From IMG/VR virus record IMGVR_UViG_3300042109_000062, positions 1 to 34,225 of that record: 34,225 nucleotides of DNA, one strand, 5' to 3'. Both the position numbers and the translations under genes were made by a program. This document shows positions 33,111-34,225 of this stretch, piece after piece; position 1 is the first letter of the stretch; each line of letters begins with the position of its first letter. The notes beneath the pieces are model-generated. The model was not told the origin of the DNA and did not search any database. It saw only the letters and a program-made list of their open reading frames with translations. Source of the DNA: a virus (lineage: Duplodnaviria; Caudoviricetes).

Positions 33111-34028
33111 ATGCCGATGCCGATGCGAGAACTACTCGAGCGATACGCCCTGTTACGCGGTCTGAAAGGCAAGACGGTCAAGCTCTACGAAATGCTCCTA
33201 GACCGCCTACAAGCGTTCCTAGGACACGAGCCGACTGCGGCCGACCTCGATGACCTAGTCATCAGCCGCTACCTCCGGTGGCGAGCAGAGACGCCTGGCT
33301 GGCGTGGTCGGCTGCCCAGTGCGGCCAGCGTCCGCAAGGACCGCGTGATGCTGGCCGCGATCTGGACCTACGCGGCCCGCAAGAAGATCGCCGCCGAGTT
33401 TCCCGAGCTCCCAAAGGTCAAGGTTCCCAAGCGCCTGCCTACCGGCCGCGCCTACACAGCAGAAGACGTGTCCAGACTGATACGTGCCGCTCGGCATCGC
33501 AGGGGGCTAGTAGGCGGCCTGCCGTCCGCCTGGTGGTGGCAGACCATCCTCTACGCCATCTACTGCACTGGCGAGCGTCTTGAGGCCACCATGTCGCTCA
33601 GGTGGGCCGACGTGGATCTAGAGCGGTGTCGGGTCGTTTTTCGAGGCGAGCACCGCAAGGGCGGCACCAGAGACATTGAGCGGCAGATTACGCCGCAGCT
33701 GGCCGCCATGATGGCCCTGCACCGCCGCAGCCCTGATGACCTAGTTTGGCCTTGGGATCGACGCAGCCGCTGCCAGTGGGCTTCTCTCAGGATCCTGTGC
33801 CGGATAGCCGGCGTGCAGTACCGAGGATTCCACGGCCTGCGTCGGACGGCCGCGAGTTACGCCGCCCTAGCCGGCGGAACGGCGGCAGCCACGCAGCTGC
33901 TCGACCATTCGGACCCTAATCTCCAAAAAGTTTACGTGGACCCGCTCATTTGCCCTACGGACTCCAGCAGCATCGCCGGACTGCCACCGCTAGACCTTGG
34001 CGATCACGGGCCAGGCAAGCCTCGCTGA
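33111..34028 (+). CDS. int: Tyrosine recombinase / phage integrase
   Basis: Catalytic R (TGER), K (HRKGG), HxxR (FHGLRR), H (LLDHS) and Y (KVY) residues, with a core-binding N-domain. Confidence 0.92.
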   Translation: MPMPMRELLERYALLRGLKGKTVKLYEMLLDRLQAFLGHEPTAADLDDLVISRYLRWRAETPGWRGRLPSAASVRKDRVMLAAIWTYAARKKIAAEFPELPKVKVPKRLPTGRAYTAEDVSRLIRAARHRRGLVGGLPSAWWWQTILYAIYCTGERLEATMSLRWADVDLERCRVVFRGEHRKGGTRDIERQITPQLAAMMALHRRSPDDLVWPWDRRSRCQWASLRILCRIAGVQYRGFHGLRRTAASYAALAGGTAAATQLLDHSDPNLQKVYVDPLICPTDSSSIAGLPPLDLGDHGPGKPR

Positions 34029-34094
34029 GCCGAGCAAGCGGGGAGGCGACGGCGAAAGGAGGAAACCGCCGCCTGCGACCCGCCGCCCGGCTCA
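34026..34094. terminator. Long GC-rich hairpin between convergent genes
   Basis: TGAGCCGAGC...GCCCGGCTCA outer stem, inner stems and an AAAGGAGGAAA loop. No U-tract. Confidence 0.5.
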
Positions 34095-34223
34095 CGGATA
34101 CCACGGCCCGACAAAGTGCCGATGCTCCTCGGCTCGTGCCTGCTCAACCGCCGCCTGGTGCTTGAGCCGACTGACCTCAGCGAGCAGCCGCAGCGCGTCG
34201 GCCGCGAGCGTGCCCGAGGTGCC
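34092..34223 (-). CDS. Hypothetical phage protein, 3' end (partial)
   Basis: Translated by hand: ...GTSGTLAADALRLLAEVSRLKHQAAVEQARAEEHRHFVGPWYP*, open to the window edge. Confidence 0.55.
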   Translation of the reverse strand, partial: GTSGTLAADALRLLAEVSRLKHQAAVEQARAEEHRHFVGPWYP

Positions 34224-34225
34224 GG

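Larger units (their letters stand above)
1..34225. mobile_element. Temperate HK97/lambda-like siphovirus genome segment
   Basis: Complete head module, tail genes up to the tape measure, replication and integration modules. No host chromosomal context visible. Confidence 0.97.

Noticed and set aside
33111-34028. Integrase as the IntI for the attC array
   Set aside because: The segment between the catalytic Lys and HxxR seems too short for the IntI-specific insertion. The gene sits beside a tmRNA-like attP about 7 kb from the array, so it is better explained as the prophage integrase. A profile search against the intI C-terminal HMM would settle it.

Overview
About 34 kb of a GC-rich, temperate, HK97/lambda-type siphovirus genome. 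Almost all genes are on the minus strand. In transcription order (right to left): a tyrosine integrase on the + strand, a candidate attP core resembling a tmRNA 3' end, and an HTH control region with repeated operators. The early/replication operon follows (RecT, wHTH, ParB-like, DUF1376/YdaU-type initiator with iterons, LexA-type DNA-binding domain, beta sliding clamp). Next is a small variable region flanked by integron attC-like sites that carries a DNA methyltransferase. A late block encodes a trypsin-like protease, RusA, a SAM methyltransferase, two glycosyltransferases, a papain-like peptidase, membrane proteins, a LamG-like protein and an HNH nuclease. After a probable cos region come a stand-alone Prim-Pol domain and an ATP-dependent DNA ligase coupled to terS/terL. 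The structural genes are portal, protease, an Ogr-like Zn finger, major capsid, decoration protein, a head-module glycosyltransferase, connectors, two tail-tube-like paralogs, a -1 frameshifted tail chaperone and the tape measure. The most notable observations are (1) an attC-like gene-cassette array in inverted orientation, where the intact attC supplies the start codon of the cassette gene, (2) a primase-polymerase plus ligase pair at the packaging start, and (3) a CTGCAAG-N18-YANNNT late-promoter motif found four times. A Planctomycetota-like host is my impression from the gene repertoire and is not shown by the sequence. All calls come from motif reading; no database searches were run.
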